From a virus (Duplodnaviria; Caudoviricetes), in IMG/VR virus record IMGVR_UViG_2974668079_000001, positions 1 through 64,000 of that record: a stretch of DNA of 64,000 nt; one strand, given 5' to 3'. This document shows, one piece after another, positions 36,923 to 47,107 of this stretch. The position numbers were made by a program, and so were the translations under genes. Each line of letters opens with the position of its first letter. Position 1 is the stretch's first letter. Below the pieces are notes generated by a model. It saw only the letters and a list, made by a program, of their open reading frames with translations. It was not told the DNA's origin and ran no database searches.

Positions 36923-37942
36923 ATGCGAGCCTTCCGACTTCCCGATATTCTGCAATCGGACACCACGAGCTTTAACACAGACCTAGCGGTAAAGATTGGG
37001 ATAACGCCCGCTATCATATTGGGAAGTGTTGCTTACTCGATAGAAGCTCTCTACGAGAGTGGGACCGCTAAGGAGTATGATGGGAGCTACTGGGCTAGGG
37101 TATCCACACGCAAGCTAGCCGAGCGATTCCCGTTCCTGTCTACCCGCACGATAGAACGCGCCAAGAAGCATCTAGTAGATTTGGGATTAGTAAGAATTGA
37201 CTTTATTGGATCTGAGATGATGGATGTTAAAGTTGATAACACATCGTGGTGGTCCATAAACGAAGATTCTATTAGTAAACTGTCCAGTTTAGGGGATACC
37301 GACAAAATGGCGGATACCCCCTCAGACCGACAAAATGACGTAGTAGGGTCTCCGCCAGAATGTCGGGGGGATCACCGTCAAAGTGGCGGACAATATAAGA
37401 GTAATATAAAAGAGAGTAAAGAATCTTCTACCGAAGATTCTACCCTATCTAAGCGTACGCGTAGGACTCGTAAGCAGAGAACTAAGGACTTTGGCATTAG
37501 TAAGGGTAACTTACCGCAGCGTAGAAAGAGAACTGCGAAGAAAGAACCTGAGCTTACTAAACACACTTTCGTTCTTGAGAAGCTGGGAGGTGAAAAGTAC
37601 GTTCTTACTAAAGCTGGCTTTGATAAGCTACTTGAGTTTATTAAGCGCCAAGACATCCAGCTTAGTGAAGAAGAGCTCAACGCATGGATTGAACTCAACA
37701 AGTCCAGCTTAGGGCTGAGAATCACCTCGAAGACGCAGGTAGTCAAGACCATCCAGAACTGGCTAGCTAGATTCAACGAGAGTGACCGCTGGAGGCTTGA
37801 TAAGCAGTTGGGTAAGGGTAACGACCCGGCTAGTGGTCGAAACCGCCCACAGAGGCTTAACGGGAATATCAGCGACAAGCACACGGAAAGTGAAATACGC
37901 GTACCAAAACACTTACAAAGATTAGTAAATAAGGAGTCTTAG
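36923..37942 (+). CDS. Replication initiator (lambda O / DnaD-like wHTH)
   Basis: SFNTDLAVKIGITPAIIL...YWARVSTRKLAERFPFLSTRTIERAKKHLVDLGLV; contains iterons; followed by a DnaC-like gene. Confidence 0.8.
   Translation: MRAFRLPDILQSDTTSFNTDLAVKIGITPAIILGSVAYSIEALYESGTAKEYDGSYWARVSTRKLAERFPFLSTRTIERAKKHLVDLGLVRIDFIGSEMMDVKVDNTSWWSINEDSISKLSSLGDTDKMADTPSDRQNDVVGSPPECRGDHRQSGGQYKSNIKESKESSTEDSTLSKRTRRTRKQRTKDFGISKGNLPQRRKRTAKKEPELTKHTFVLEKLGGEKYVLTKAGFDKLLEFIKRQDIQLSEEELNAWIELNKSSLGLRITSKTQVVKTIQNWLARFNESDRWRLDKQLGKGNDPASGRNRPQRLNGNISDKHTESEIRVPKHLQRLVNKES
37298..37425 (+). repeat. Putative replication origin: four iterons plus an AT-rich tract
   Basis: ACCGACAAAATGGCGGA (37298), ACCGACAAAATGACGTA (37326), TCCGCCAGAATGTCGGG (37351), ACCGTCAAAGTGGCGGA (37374), then an A-rich run. 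Confidence 0.75.
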
Positions 37943-37946
37943 TAAA

Positions 37947-38783
37947 ATGAATGAACTAAACAAGTTACGCTCCTTGGCAGACCGAATTAGTATTGGTCAG
38001 TTAAAGGAGCGTCGAGGGGAGTTCCCAGAAATCCTCCGTAAACTTGCCGAGGCTGGGGACGATGTCTCTGCGTACATGAAGCCGCGATTCCACCCACGTG
38101 TGAACAAGATGAGAACTCGCGGCATCCCACAGCTGCACAGACGTAGCACGTTCAGCTCGTTCGAAGCCAAGGGCAGTCTTGCTGGCAAGCGTGATATGGT
38201 CCGCGCTTACGCAGAGAACTTCACGGAGATGTTCGAGGAGGGAACGGACCTCGTGCTTATCGGTGGTAACGGGACCGGGAAGACACACCTAGCCAGTGCG
38301 CTAGGTCTGACGCTTGGGGTGCGTACCTGCATGATTGCTGAAGCCCGATCCTTGTACAAGGAACTCAGTGAGGACGACCAACGATACTTCGAGCTGTTCG
38401 GTGATGTAATCCCGCCGTTCAAGTTCGTGAACATCGAGCGCGTCATGCAAGGGCTTATGAGCGCATTCGATGCCAAGGTCAATCATTGGGACAACGGTGA
38501 GGAGTTCCGCGCCAAGGAGGAGGAGTTCCAGAACTTGGTAGAGCTGAACGGTTTACTAATCTTGGATGAGTATGCCGCTACCAAAGTCAACCCGATGTGC
38601 TTGAACTTCCTTAACCGACTGGCTACGTACCGATACGATAATCGACTACCGACGTGCGTTATTACTAACCGAACGGAAGAAGAGCTTCGAGAGTACGACT
38701 CAACGGCAGCAAGCAGGTTCTTATCCAGCGATGGTTTAGTAATTCGCTTTGACGAGGGAGACTACCGTGCAAAAGGTCGATAG
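37947..38783 (+). CDS. dnaC: DnaC/IstB-like AAA+ helicase loader
   Basis: GGNGTGKTHLA Walker A, LLILDE Walker B, RYDNRLPTCVITN, ASRF. Confidence 0.9.
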   Translation: MNELNKLRSLADRISIGQLKERRGEFPEILRKLAEAGDDVSAYMKPRFHPRVNKMRTRGIPQLHRRSTFSSFEAKGSLAGKRDMVRAYAENFTEMFEEGTDLVLIGGNGTGKTHLASALGLTLGVRTCMIAEARSLYKELSEDDQRYFELFGDVIPPFKFVNIERVMQGLMSAFDAKVNHWDNGEEFRAKEEEFQNLVELNGLLILDEYAATKVNPMCLNFLNRLATYRYDNRLPTCVITNRTEEELREYDSTAASRFLSSDGLVIRFDEGDYRAKGR

Positions 38784-39189
38784 ACTTCGACAAGACTTCA
38801 AGCGTCTTACTAATCAGGAGAAGAATCAATTCCTGTTCTGGCTGGGGCTTTCTTCGCAGGAAGCCTCAGAACGCTTTTCAGAGCGTAAGATATACGAATG
38901 CCTTAAGAGCTCACTCTCCAAGCTGTCAGCAGCCGGAGATTTGCAATTTGAGGCGGTTAAATCGGGTCAGACTGGTGAACACTTCCAAAAAGTAGTTGAG
39001 AAGGTGAATACCGCAGCTGAAACGCTCCAGCCTAATGAGCGAGAGCGTTTCTTAGTAAAATACTGCGCTACTGCTGTTGGTCGTCTGGTTGTTCTGGACT
39101 CACCCTTACAACTTCCACATTTACTAAGAATGATTGCCCGTCATCACGAGCAGATCATGGGGGACTTAAAACGTGAGCTTTCTTACTAA
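38749..39189 (+). CDS. Hypothetical protein, ~140 aa
   Basis: Packed ORF in the replication operon; start uncertain. Confidence 0.6.
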   Translation: MTRETTVQKVDRLRQDFKRLTNQEKNQFLFWLGLSSQEASERFSERKIYECLKSSLSKLSAAGDLQFEAVKSGQTGEHFQKVVEKVNTAAETLQPNERERFLVKYCATAVGRLVVLDSPLQLPHLLRMIARHHEQIMGDLKRELSY

Positions 39190-40027
39190 GAATAAACGAG
39201 TACTACTCCTCGTTGATGTATCGAACATAATGTATAAGGCTATGCACATCCATAAGAATCTTACTAAAGATGGTAAGTTCACGGGTGGCATTTACGGTTT
39301 TATGGCGCAAGTAAGCACGGCTATCCGTGAGAACGAGGCTACGCATATTGTGTTCTGTTTTGACCGCAAGCCGTACTTCCGTGAAGAAGGGCTGAGCATT
39401 GACTACAAAGCAGGTCGTGAGAAGTCGCCAGAGACTGAGGACCGACTAGCCCAGACTGAAGACGCCGTACACGACCTTACTGGTCATTTCACTAAGTGGG
39501 AGTTCGATGGTTTGGAAGCCGACGACTTGATCGCCTACGCAGTAAAACGCTACTACCACCGATTCGACAAGATCATAGTTCAGACCAGCGACACCGACCC
39601 TTATCAACTGTTCCGCGAAGCTGACACTAAGCTGGGCTTTTGGAAGAACCAGAAGGACGGTCTATTTACCTACGCTGACTTCATCGAAACATCTGGGTTC
39701 ACTATGGGTGACGAGTGGTTGGCACTGGACGCTATCACTGGCGGTCACAATGGTATGGGTAAGGGCATCGTAGGGTACGGTCCTAAGAAAGCCACGGACC
39801 TGATCCAGAAGCGTTCGAGCACCGTACGCGACTTGCTCTACATCTACCCGGATGCGGGGTACAACTACACAGTCATGCAGCTACCGCACGAAGGAATCCA
39901 CCAATACGACGGGGAAATACGCCTAGGTCTTAAGAGCATGTCTCGTAAGGACCTTACTAAATTCTGCGCAGCGTATGGAATTAAAATGCCTCCGGCATGG
40001 GTAGAAACTTTTACTAAGGTTAAATAA
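39173..40027 (+). CDS. 5'-3' exonuclease (T4 RNase H / T5 D15 / PolI N-terminal family)
   Basis: LLVDVSN...FCFD...YKAGR...LEADDLIA...SDTD...GYGPKKA. Confidence 0.9.
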   Translation: MSFLTKNKRVLLLVDVSNIMYKAMHIHKNLTKDGKFTGGIYGFMAQVSTAIRENEATHIVFCFDRKPYFREEGLSIDYKAGREKSPETEDRLAQTEDAVHDLTGHFTKWEFDGLEADDLIAYAVKRYYHRFDKIIVQTSDTDPYQLFREADTKLGFWKNQKDGLFTYADFIETSGFTMGDEWLALDAITGGHNGMGKGIVGYGPKKATDLIQKRSSTVRDLLYIYPDAGYNYTVMQLPHEGIHQYDGEIRLGLKSMSRKDLTKFCAAYGIKMPPAWVETFTKVK

Positions 40028-41637
40028 TGGCTAAGAACAAGAACATGATGAGTATCCCGGATGCTCAGGACATCGTGACGCTGGCATGTTTCGACGAGAA
40101 GTGTGCTCCGCAGATGTTCGCCTCGGTGACGCTCAAGCATTTGCCTAACGACAAGCTCCGTGAAGTGTTCTCGCGTGCGAAGGACTACTTCGATGAGTAC
40201 GGGATGCCTATCGGCTCTCACCTAACCAACGAGTTCGCTGACGAGCTGAATGACCGCAAGCAGCGTGCGCGTGCTAATGGCTACAGAGAGCTGTTAGAAG
40301 GTTTGATGGAGAACTACGAGGTAGTCAACCCACAGTACGTTCTAAAGGGGCTGAAGGACTTCCTATTCGTGCAGGAGATGCGCGGTAATATTCCGAAGCT
40401 GGTTGAGCACTTAGAAGACAACAAACTGGAAGAGGTAGAGAAGGTTCTTACTAAACTGGCGTCCAGTAAGCAGGAAGAAGACTTCAACTACATCTGGGCT
40501 TCAGACATGGAGCAAGTCTACCACGGAATCTTCAACCGTGAGGTGGGCGAGAGTCTTGAGATCGGCATCAAGGAACTGGATGAGAACAACGTCCGACCTA
40601 CCAAGAAAGAGCTGTTAGTAATGCTGGCACCTCCTAAGCGTGGTAAATCATGGTTCGGTGTGCAGTGCTTGCGAGCAGGCATCCAGAACAAGAAGAAGAA
40701 ATGGAAGACTTTACTAATTACGCTGGAAATGGCACACGTTAAGTTCGGTGAGCGTTTTGTGCAGAACCTATGGGGTCGCTGTTTGGGCGAGCCTCAGACA
40801 GTGTCGAGCACCATCATTCATACCGACGAGTTTGGGCACGTCCAAAACATTGACAATCAGCCGCGTTATGAGTGCAAGTCTATTCTGGACGAGTTCGCAG
40901 ACGAGAAGCACGCAGCGCGAGAGACTGCTCAATGGTTTGAGAAGCACTCGACAGAGCGTCCATTCGTGTTAGCGCAGTTCCCAACGGGTTCTTTTACTAT
41001 GCGTAAACTGAGAGCGTTCGTGGACTGGCTTGATAAGGTAGAGGGATGGCATCCAGACCAGATTATCCTAGACTATCCGGGTATCATGAAGCTGGACATT
41101 AACAACAAGCGCCAAGCTATGAACCAACTCTATCAGGACTTACGTGGCTTTGGTGTTAGTAATAACATCGCTATGGTAGCATTCCACCAATCGAACCGTG
41201 ACGGTGCGCGTGAGCAGACAGTGGACGACGTGATCGATGAGACTAACGCAGGTGAAGACTTCTCGGTAACACAGCACGCTGATTACTTGATCACGTACAA
41301 CCAGTCGCCGGAAGAGCGTGAGCTTAACTTGGCACGTTTGTTCGTACCACTAAACCGTAACGGTAAGGACAAGTACCAGATCGTTATTAGTCAAAACTAT
41401 GCCACGGGACAATTCTGCTTAACCAGTGGATACCGTGACAGTCGATATAAGGATATGGTAGTTGAGGATTCGGACGAAGCTGGAGAAAATCCAACAAGGG
41501 AGAGGGCAGGGGTGGAGCCGCCTGCGGGATACCAAATTGATGAGTACGGGAACTGGTTCGACCCAGAAACCGGAGAGTCGTGGACAGGAGCAAGAGTCGA
41601 TGCCAACAGTTCGGGATTTCTTAAACAGACGCCTTGA
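40027..41637 (+). CDS. dnaB: Replicative helicase, DnaB-like
   Basis: LAPPKRGKS Walker A, ITLEM, IILDY, AFHQSNR, QHADYLI. Confidence 0.9.
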   Translation: MAKNKNMMSIPDAQDIVTLACFDEKCAPQMFASVTLKHLPNDKLREVFSRAKDYFDEYGMPIGSHLTNEFADELNDRKQRARANGYRELLEGLMENYEVVNPQYVLKGLKDFLFVQEMRGNIPKLVEHLEDNKLEEVEKVLTKLASSKQEEDFNYIWASDMEQVYHGIFNREVGESLEIGIKELDENNVRPTKKELLVMLAPPKRGKSWFGVQCLRAGIQNKKKKWKTLLITLEMAHVKFGERFVQNLWGRCLGEPQTVSSTIIHTDEFGHVQNIDNQPRYECKSILDEFADEKHAARETAQWFEKHSTERPFVLAQFPTGSFTMRKLRAFVDWLDKVEGWHPDQIILDYPGIMKLDINNKRQAMNQLYQDLRGFGVSNNIAMVAFHQSNRDGAREQTVDDVIDETNAGEDFSVTQHADYLITYNQSPEERELNLARLFVPLNRNGKDKYQIVISQNYATGQFCLTSGYRDSRYKDMVVEDSDEAGENPTRERAGVEPPAGYQIDEYGNWFDPETGESWTGARVDANSSGFLKQTP

Positions 41638-43150
41638 TGACTGGCGCTGGTTAAAAGACCTAGATGACGATACCGTTATCTACAATGAATTAGTAAACAT
41701 GCCTGTACGTCCGCAGTTTGAGTACAGACCTTACATGTGTCAATTAGTCTGCCACTGGATAGGAATCTGCCGAGATTCCTTCCTCTTCTTCCTGCCGTTG
41801 TCGGCAGGTAAGACCAAGTTGATACTGGACATCTACAACTACCGCCTGCGTGAAGATGGGGACTTGCGCGGGCTTGTTCTCGTTCCACGTGTTGCGAACA
41901 TAAAGACGTGGTTGGATCAGGTGGAGGAGCATACACCTCATCTGCACGCTATCCCTATTCTGGGTAGCACTGAGGAGAAGCGTCGAGCACTATTCTCAGA
42001 AGCGGACTTGTACATCGCCTGCTACACAGACCTACAGTTCTTAATGGCAGATTTGCAGCAAGTGTCAGGTAAGAAGAAGCAGAAGCGTAAGCCTAACGAG
42101 CGAATGTGCCGTGAGGTTCAGAAGCGCATAAACTTCGTGGCTTGTGATGAGATCCATAAAGCGGGCAACCACGAGTCCCTGATCTACAGACTGCTTAAGC
42201 GTCTTACTAAGACTGCGCGATACCGCTACGGTATAACCGCTACACCGTTCAGCCGTAAGGTGGAAAGGCTGTGGGCGATCTTCAACTTGATAGACCACGG
42301 CGAGACCTTCGGATCAACCCTAACTCAGTTCCGTGAGGTGTTTTTTACTAAGAAGAGAAACGTATGGTCCGGGTTCTTCGAGCACAAGTTTGACGACAGC
42401 ATGAAGAGCGAGTTACACCGCTTGATGCAGAACCGCTCGATACGCTACGAGAACCACGAGGTTAAAGAACTTCCTCCGAAGGTTCCACGTGTTGAAGAGT
42501 TGTCAATGAGTCCTAAGCAGCTGGAGATGTACCGCGATGCTCGTAAGGGTCTGGTCGATTGTGGTAGTGGCGCTAAGGAAGAGTTAGAAGCCGCGTACAT
42601 ACGCTCACGTCAGGCTCTTTCTGGCTACGTCGAGTGGAAGGACGAGAACCGTAAAACACAGGGCATCTACCTCGATAGCGACGCTAAGCTGGAATGGCTG
42701 CAATCCTTCTTGGAGGACACGGAAGAGAAGTTTGTGATCTTCTACAAGTACACGAGTAGTGCTAAGCGCATTACTAAGATGCTCAAGAAGGAGAAGTGCA
42801 AACACTCTTGGATCTGGTCCGGGTGCAAGAACGCAGTTAAAGCCTATGATGACTTCCGCAAAAAGGACGACATCCAAGGCATGGTGATCAACCTCGCCTC
42901 CGGGGACGCGGGACTACAGTTCGAAATGGCTCGATACTGTATCTTCTACGAATCACCAGAAGACCCGGTAACACGTGAGCAGGCGGAAGGTCGTGTAGCC
43001 CGTGACGGACCAACAGCTACCGACAGCACGTACGTCATTGACCTTGTTACTAAGAAGTCGTTCGAGGGTAAATTACTAAAATCTCTGGAAGAAGGTATCA
43101 ACTTCCAAGAGGAGGTACTATCCGGGCGTATACAGGACTGGGAGGATTAG
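41600..43150 (+). CDS. SNF2-family SF2 helicase
   Basis: LSAGKT, ACDEIH, GITATP, NLASGDAGL, QAEGRVAR; AGGAG RBS before ATG 41600. Confidence 0.9.
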   Translation: MPTVRDFLNRRLDDWRWLKDLDDDTVIYNELVNMPVRPQFEYRPYMCQLVCHWIGICRDSFLFFLPLSAGKTKLILDIYNYRLREDGDLRGLVLVPRVANIKTWLDQVEEHTPHLHAIPILGSTEEKRRALFSEADLYIACYTDLQFLMADLQQVSGKKKQKRKPNERMCREVQKRINFVACDEIHKAGNHESLIYRLLKRLTKTARYRYGITATPFSRKVERLWAIFNLIDHGETFGSTLTQFREVFFTKKRNVWSGFFEHKFDDSMKSELHRLMQNRSIRYENHEVKELPPKVPRVEELSMSPKQLEMYRDARKGLVDCGSGAKEELEAAYIRSRQALSGYVEWKDENRKTQGIYLDSDAKLEWLQSFLEDTEEKFVIFYKYTSSAKRITKMLKKEKCKHSWIWSGCKNAVKAYDDFRKKDDIQGMVINLASGDAGLQFEMARYCIFYESPEDPVTREQAEGRVARDGPTATDSTYVIDLVTKKSFEGKLLKSLEEGINFQEEVLSGRIQDWED

Positions 43151-43768
43151 ATGGTAATGCTTCGTAAGCGGGTTGTTCACGAGCGTACGAAGGGTGGCAG
43201 GCTCCGGGCTAAGATAGTTCGTGAGCCTGTTACGCATAGTAAACCGCAACCGCGAAAACGCAAGAAACGAAACCTAAAGGACTCGGAGCATAGCCAGCTC
43301 TGCTTGTTAGCCAAGAAGTGGATTCTTAAGAACGGGTTTGGGGTAGCGATTGATGACCGGATGAAAGCAGCCTGCGATACCGGGGAGCAGCCCGACGCTA
43401 TGGGGTGGAATGCTTCCGTTAGCATCGTGATCGAGGTTAAAACATCTCGGTCTGATTTCCTCGCAGACAAGAACAAGAAGTTCAGAGCAAACCCAAGGCT
43501 TGGTATGGGAGACTGGAGATTCTATCTGTGTCCAAAGGGTCTGATTAGTAAAGATGAGGTCCCCGAAGGATGGGGGCTCCTGTACTACCACGAAGGCAAG
43601 ATCCGCCGGGTGCATGGCGGTCCTAAATCCAACGGGTGGTCGTTCGACGGTATCCCCTTTGTAGGCAACAAAGACTGCGAGATGTCGTACATGTATAGCG
43701 CACTTAGACGTATGGTTGTGCGTGGACACTTAGAGTCGATGTACTCAATGGATGGTATTAAGAAATGA
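43151..43768 (+). CDS. PD-(D/E)XK nuclease-fold protein (MmcB-like)
   Basis: EQPDAMGW...IEVKTSRSDFLAD...GDWRFYLCP...PEGWGLL. Confidence 0.8.
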   Translation: MVMLRKRVVHERTKGGRLRAKIVREPVTHSKPQPRKRKKRNLKDSEHSQLCLLAKKWILKNGFGVAIDDRMKAACDTGEQPDAMGWNASVSIVIEVKTSRSDFLADKNKKFRANPRLGMGDWRFYLCPKGLISKDEVPEGWGLLYYHEGKIRRVHGGPKSNGWSFDGIPFVGNKDCEMSYMYSALRRMVVRGHLESMYSMDGIKK

Positions 43769-44820
43769 GTATTTTCAAACGCAGAGGAACAGATGCTTGG
43801 ATTGAGATCTTTCACAAGCACAGTATCACTTACGCGACAAAGCATAAGAACTGTAAGCGCGGTAACATAGTAATAGACTGCCCTTTCTGTGCAAACTCAG
43901 AAGGCAAGTTCCACATGGGTGTGGACAAACATGGTCGCTTCGGTTGCTGGAAGAACCAAGAGCACCGGGGGCACTCACCGCACAAGCTACTTGTCGCCTT
44001 ACTAAAAATATCTCCAGCCGAAGCTACACGCCTAGTCGGTGCAGACGAAGGTCAGGTGGACGAGGACGAGTGGAACTCGCTGCTACGAGGTCTTAAGTCG
44101 TGGGAGGAAGAAGAAGGCTTATGGGACGACGAGGAAGAGGAAGAAGAGCCAGCTAAGGTGATCGGTATGAAGATGCCAAAGCAGTTCATCCCAATAACCC
44201 CGAACGGTCCGGCGACAGACTACTTCTACTACTTGATGGACCGTGGGTTCCCACGCAAGGACGTTCGCAAATTAGTAAAACACTTCAACCTACGCTGCTG
44301 TGATGTGTGGGATCGTGTTGCTGACAAGATATGGTACGAGCGCATCATCACACCCGTGTACCTAGAAGGTGAGCTTATGTGTTGGGGTAGTCGTACTATT
44401 AACCCTGACGACGAGCTGCGTTATATGTCGCTGCCAGCGGACGAGAGTGTGATCCCGGTTAAAGAGCTGGTATACAACTATGACAACTGTATGGAGGGTG
44501 GTAAGATACTGCTCCTAGTAGAAGGTCAGGTGGACGTATGGAAACTAGACTTCTATGGCAAGCAGCACGGGATACGCGCAGCTGGTCTTTTTAGTAAGTC
44601 TATTGTTCCTAGTCAGGTAGATTTAGTAAATGAGCTGAAGAAGCAGTACGACCACACATTCCTACTGCTCGATGCCCACGAGGAAGCTTACGGGCTCTCA
44701 TTATGTGATTTACTAAACGGGTACGGTAAGCGCGTTAAGACCATCATGTGGGATGGTAACGACGAAGACCCCGGAGCGGCTACTTTAAAAGAGCTAGAAA
44801 CTTTTTTTAAAAATTACTAA
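43765..44820 (+). CDS. DNA primase (Zn finger plus TOPRIM)
   Basis: DCPFC...FGCWK zinc finger; LVEGQVD and LLDAH TOPRIM-like motifs. Confidence 0.85.
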   Translation: MSIFKRRGTDAWIEIFHKHSITYATKHKNCKRGNIVIDCPFCANSEGKFHMGVDKHGRFGCWKNQEHRGHSPHKLLVALLKISPAEATRLVGADEGQVDEDEWNSLLRGLKSWEEEEGLWDDEEEEEEPAKVIGMKMPKQFIPITPNGPATDYFYYLMDRGFPRKDVRKLVKHFNLRCCDVWDRVADKIWYERIITPVYLEGELMCWGSRTINPDDELRYMSLPADESVIPVKELVYNYDNCMEGGKILLLVEGQVDVWKLDFYGKQHGIRAAGLFSKSIVPSQVDLVNELKKQYDHTFLLLDAHEEAYGLSLCDLLNGYGKRVKTIMWDGNDEDPGAATLKELETFFKNY

Positions 44821-44886
44821 AAAAGACTTTACTAAAACGAACGAGGGAAGTACTATTACCTCGTCCTCAACGAAGAGGGGCAAGAA

Positions 44887-45402
44887 ATGAATGAATACCA
44901 CGCGAAATTAGTAAAATCTGATTTCCAAGGCGTTCGAGAGATTTGCAAGGTTCCGCATCCGGGAATTGCAGGGCAGTTCTTTACGTACTTTGATTTTGAC
45001 GATGAGAACTTGTTGGGCGTTCGCGGACCGCAGGGACCACAAATCTTCAACCCATCTACTTCTCACACTCACATGGGTGACGTGCTGATTAAATGGATGG
45101 AAACAGGTGACGAAGAAGTTTTTACTAAACTTAAACAGTTAGAGCAAAAACCTCGACGTCGAAAACGTTTAAAAGTTGTCGAAGAAGAGTCAAAAACAAC
45201 TCGGAAGCGACGTATAGTTAAGACAGGTGATGATGATGTCAATCCAAACCAACGTAGACCACGCCCAAGACCGCCACACGAAACCTTCCGAGCAGACTTG
45301 GAAGCCAGTATTCCACGGCGAAATCGAAGGGTACGTAATGAACTGGGTTCGCAACAACCACTGGAAAGTAAACCAGCAGCTTCCAGACGTCGAAGACGTT
45401 AA
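44887..45402 (+). CDS. Hypothetical protein with long Arg-rich C-terminal region
   Basis: Ends KPAASRRRRR; overlaps the next gene by ~175 nt. Confidence 0.65.
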   Translation: MNEYHAKLVKSDFQGVREICKVPHPGIAGQFFTYFDFDDENLLGVRGPQGPQIFNPSTSHTHMGDVLIKWMETGDEEVFTKLKQLEQKPRRRKRLKVVEEESKTTRKRRIVKTGDDDVNPNQRRPRPRPPHETFRADLEASIPRRNRRVRNELGSQQPLESKPAASRRRRR

Positions 45403-45853
45403 GCAAGAAGCGTACTGCATTTTCCTTTACGTTGCGGATAAATACCCGAACATTGATAATCCACGTTGGTTTATGGATATGTTCAAGAGAACTTTCGGTT
45501 GTCGTATGATTGATTGTTCTCGTAAGCAGATTCGCCACAAAGAACACTTCGCGGAAACTGACGTATTGTTTAGCGAAGGAGAAGAAAGCCTATCTCTTAC
45601 TGAAATGATGGTAGGCGATCTTGAAACCTCGGCTATTGCTGAAAAGCTAATGGAAGAGGCTGACGGGGAAGTTAAGCAAGTGCTTCGTACACTTCTAAAC
45701 ATGCCAGCTGAAGTCTTTACTATGGTTGAAGAAGCATGGACAAGTCGCGGAAAGCGTAAGGTTATGGGCAATCAAATGCTTTGCGCCTTACTTGGTAAAG
45801 ACCCAACCAAGACCGATCTAGTGAAAAAAGTTGAAGAACACTTTATCGGTTAA
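45227..45853 (+). CDS. Sigma-factor-like protein (region 2-like)
   Basis: DVEDVKQEAYCIFLYVADKY...WFMDMFKR resembles sigma70/ECF region 2; AGGTG RBS before an ATG cluster. Confidence 0.55.
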   Translation: MMMMSIQTNVDHAQDRHTKPSEQTWKPVFHGEIEGYVMNWVRNNHWKVNQQLPDVEDVKQEAYCIFLYVADKYPNIDNPRWFMDMFKRTFGCRMIDCSRKQIRHKEHFAETDVLFSEGEESLSLTEMMVGDLETSAIAEKLMEEADGEVKQVLRTLLNMPAEVFTMVEEAWTSRGKRKVMGNQMLCALLGKDPTKTDLVKKVEEHFIG

Positions 45854-45924
45854 CTAAAATTGTTCGTATAGACACTGTACATACGAAATTAACTCAGTTA
45901 ACATTACTAAAGAAGGTAAAGACT

Positions 45925-47079
45925 ATGTCATTGACTAAAGAAATCCTACAAGAACTTATCGAAGCGACTAACACTCCACGTGCTAAGCGTGACTCGCACG
46001 AGAAGCACTTGCAGAAAATCATCAAGGCAGTTGGCGCTCTGGACGACGACCAATGGGACGCTCTTTCGGACGAAGCTGCTGAGTGGTACAATGACGCGGT
46101 TAACGCAATCAACGATGGTCAAGACATTCCGGGTTCTGATAAAGACCCAATGGAAGAGACCGAAGAAAAACCAGCGCGTTCACGCCGTGGACGTAACACA
46201 GAAACTGACGAAACGGAAAACAAACCAATGAAAAAAGTTCTAGTAGCAATCGCACTTGCAGAAGTAGTTAAAGGCATCACAGTAACAGTAGTTTGCGGTG
46301 ACGATACTTTTGAAGGCGAAGTAATCGACGTTACTAAAAAAGGTCGCGGCAAAGCAGCTAAAGTTGAAGAGTTCACTCTGAAGACTGCGGACGGCGAAGA
46401 AGTGTTCGGCGCTGAAGATCTAATCTTCGACGAAGGTGACAAGATCGAACGTCACGACGAAGTAGCTGAAGAAGAGAAAAAGCCTGCTCGTTCTCGTCGC
46501 GGTGCTAAGAAAGACGAGCCAGAAGCTGAAGAAAAACCAGCTGGTCGCGGTTCTCGTCGCGGTGCTAAGAAAGAAGAGCCGAAAGCGGAGCCAGTAGAAG
46601 TTGAAACCGAGATCGCGTTCAACGACATCGCTAAAGACGACAAGCTGAAGCTTCAAGTCGAAGACGACGCTTTCGAAGGTACTGTTAAAGCGGTTAAGAA
46701 AACTGGTCGCGGCAAGAACGCTAAAGTAGCTGAGTTCACTTTAGTAACAGCAGACGGTGAAGAAGTTTTCGAAGCGGACCACATTGTGGTTGAAGAAGGC
46801 GATAAGATCATCCGTATCACTATGGAAGAGCAAGCGCCAGCTAAAGAAGAAAAAGCAGCGGGTGGTCGTCGTGGTCGCGGTGCTAAATCTGGTAGCGCAC
46901 CTTCAGCAGCTCACCAAGTTCGCCAGCTTATCTGTGAGAACCTAGACTCAGACAAGAAAGCGATTGAAGAGCTAATGGCTGAAAAAGGCATCGACATGAA
47001 ACCGTCAACGTTCGATGTACTTTACAGCGAAGCGCACAGCCTAGTAGCAGTAATGCGTGAACTAGACATGCTAGCGTAA
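45925..47079 (+). CDS. Abundant-type protein with duplicated beta domain and basic KPARSRRG repeats
   Basis: Two ~65-aa copies (aa ~110-176 and ~231-297); strongly biased codons. Confidence 0.8.
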   Translation: MSLTKEILQELIEATNTPRAKRDSHEKHLQKIIKAVGALDDDQWDALSDEAAEWYNDAVNAINDGQDIPGSDKDPMEETEEKPARSRRGRNTETDETENKPMKKVLVAIALAEVVKGITVTVVCGDDTFEGEVIDVTKKGRGKAAKVEEFTLKTADGEEVFGAEDLIFDEGDKIERHDEVAEEEKKPARSRRGAKKDEPEAEEKPAGRGSRRGAKKEEPKAEPVEVETEIAFNDIAKDDKLKLQVEDDAFEGTVKAVKKTGRGKNAKVAEFTLVTADGEEVFEADHIVVEEGDKIIRITMEEQAPAKEEKAAGGRRGRGAKSGSAPSAAHQVRQLICENLDSDKKAIEELMAEKGIDMKPSTFDVLYSEAHSLVAVMRELDMLA

Positions 47080-47107
47080 TTCGGTACAGTGTAGCCGGAT
47101 AGAGATT

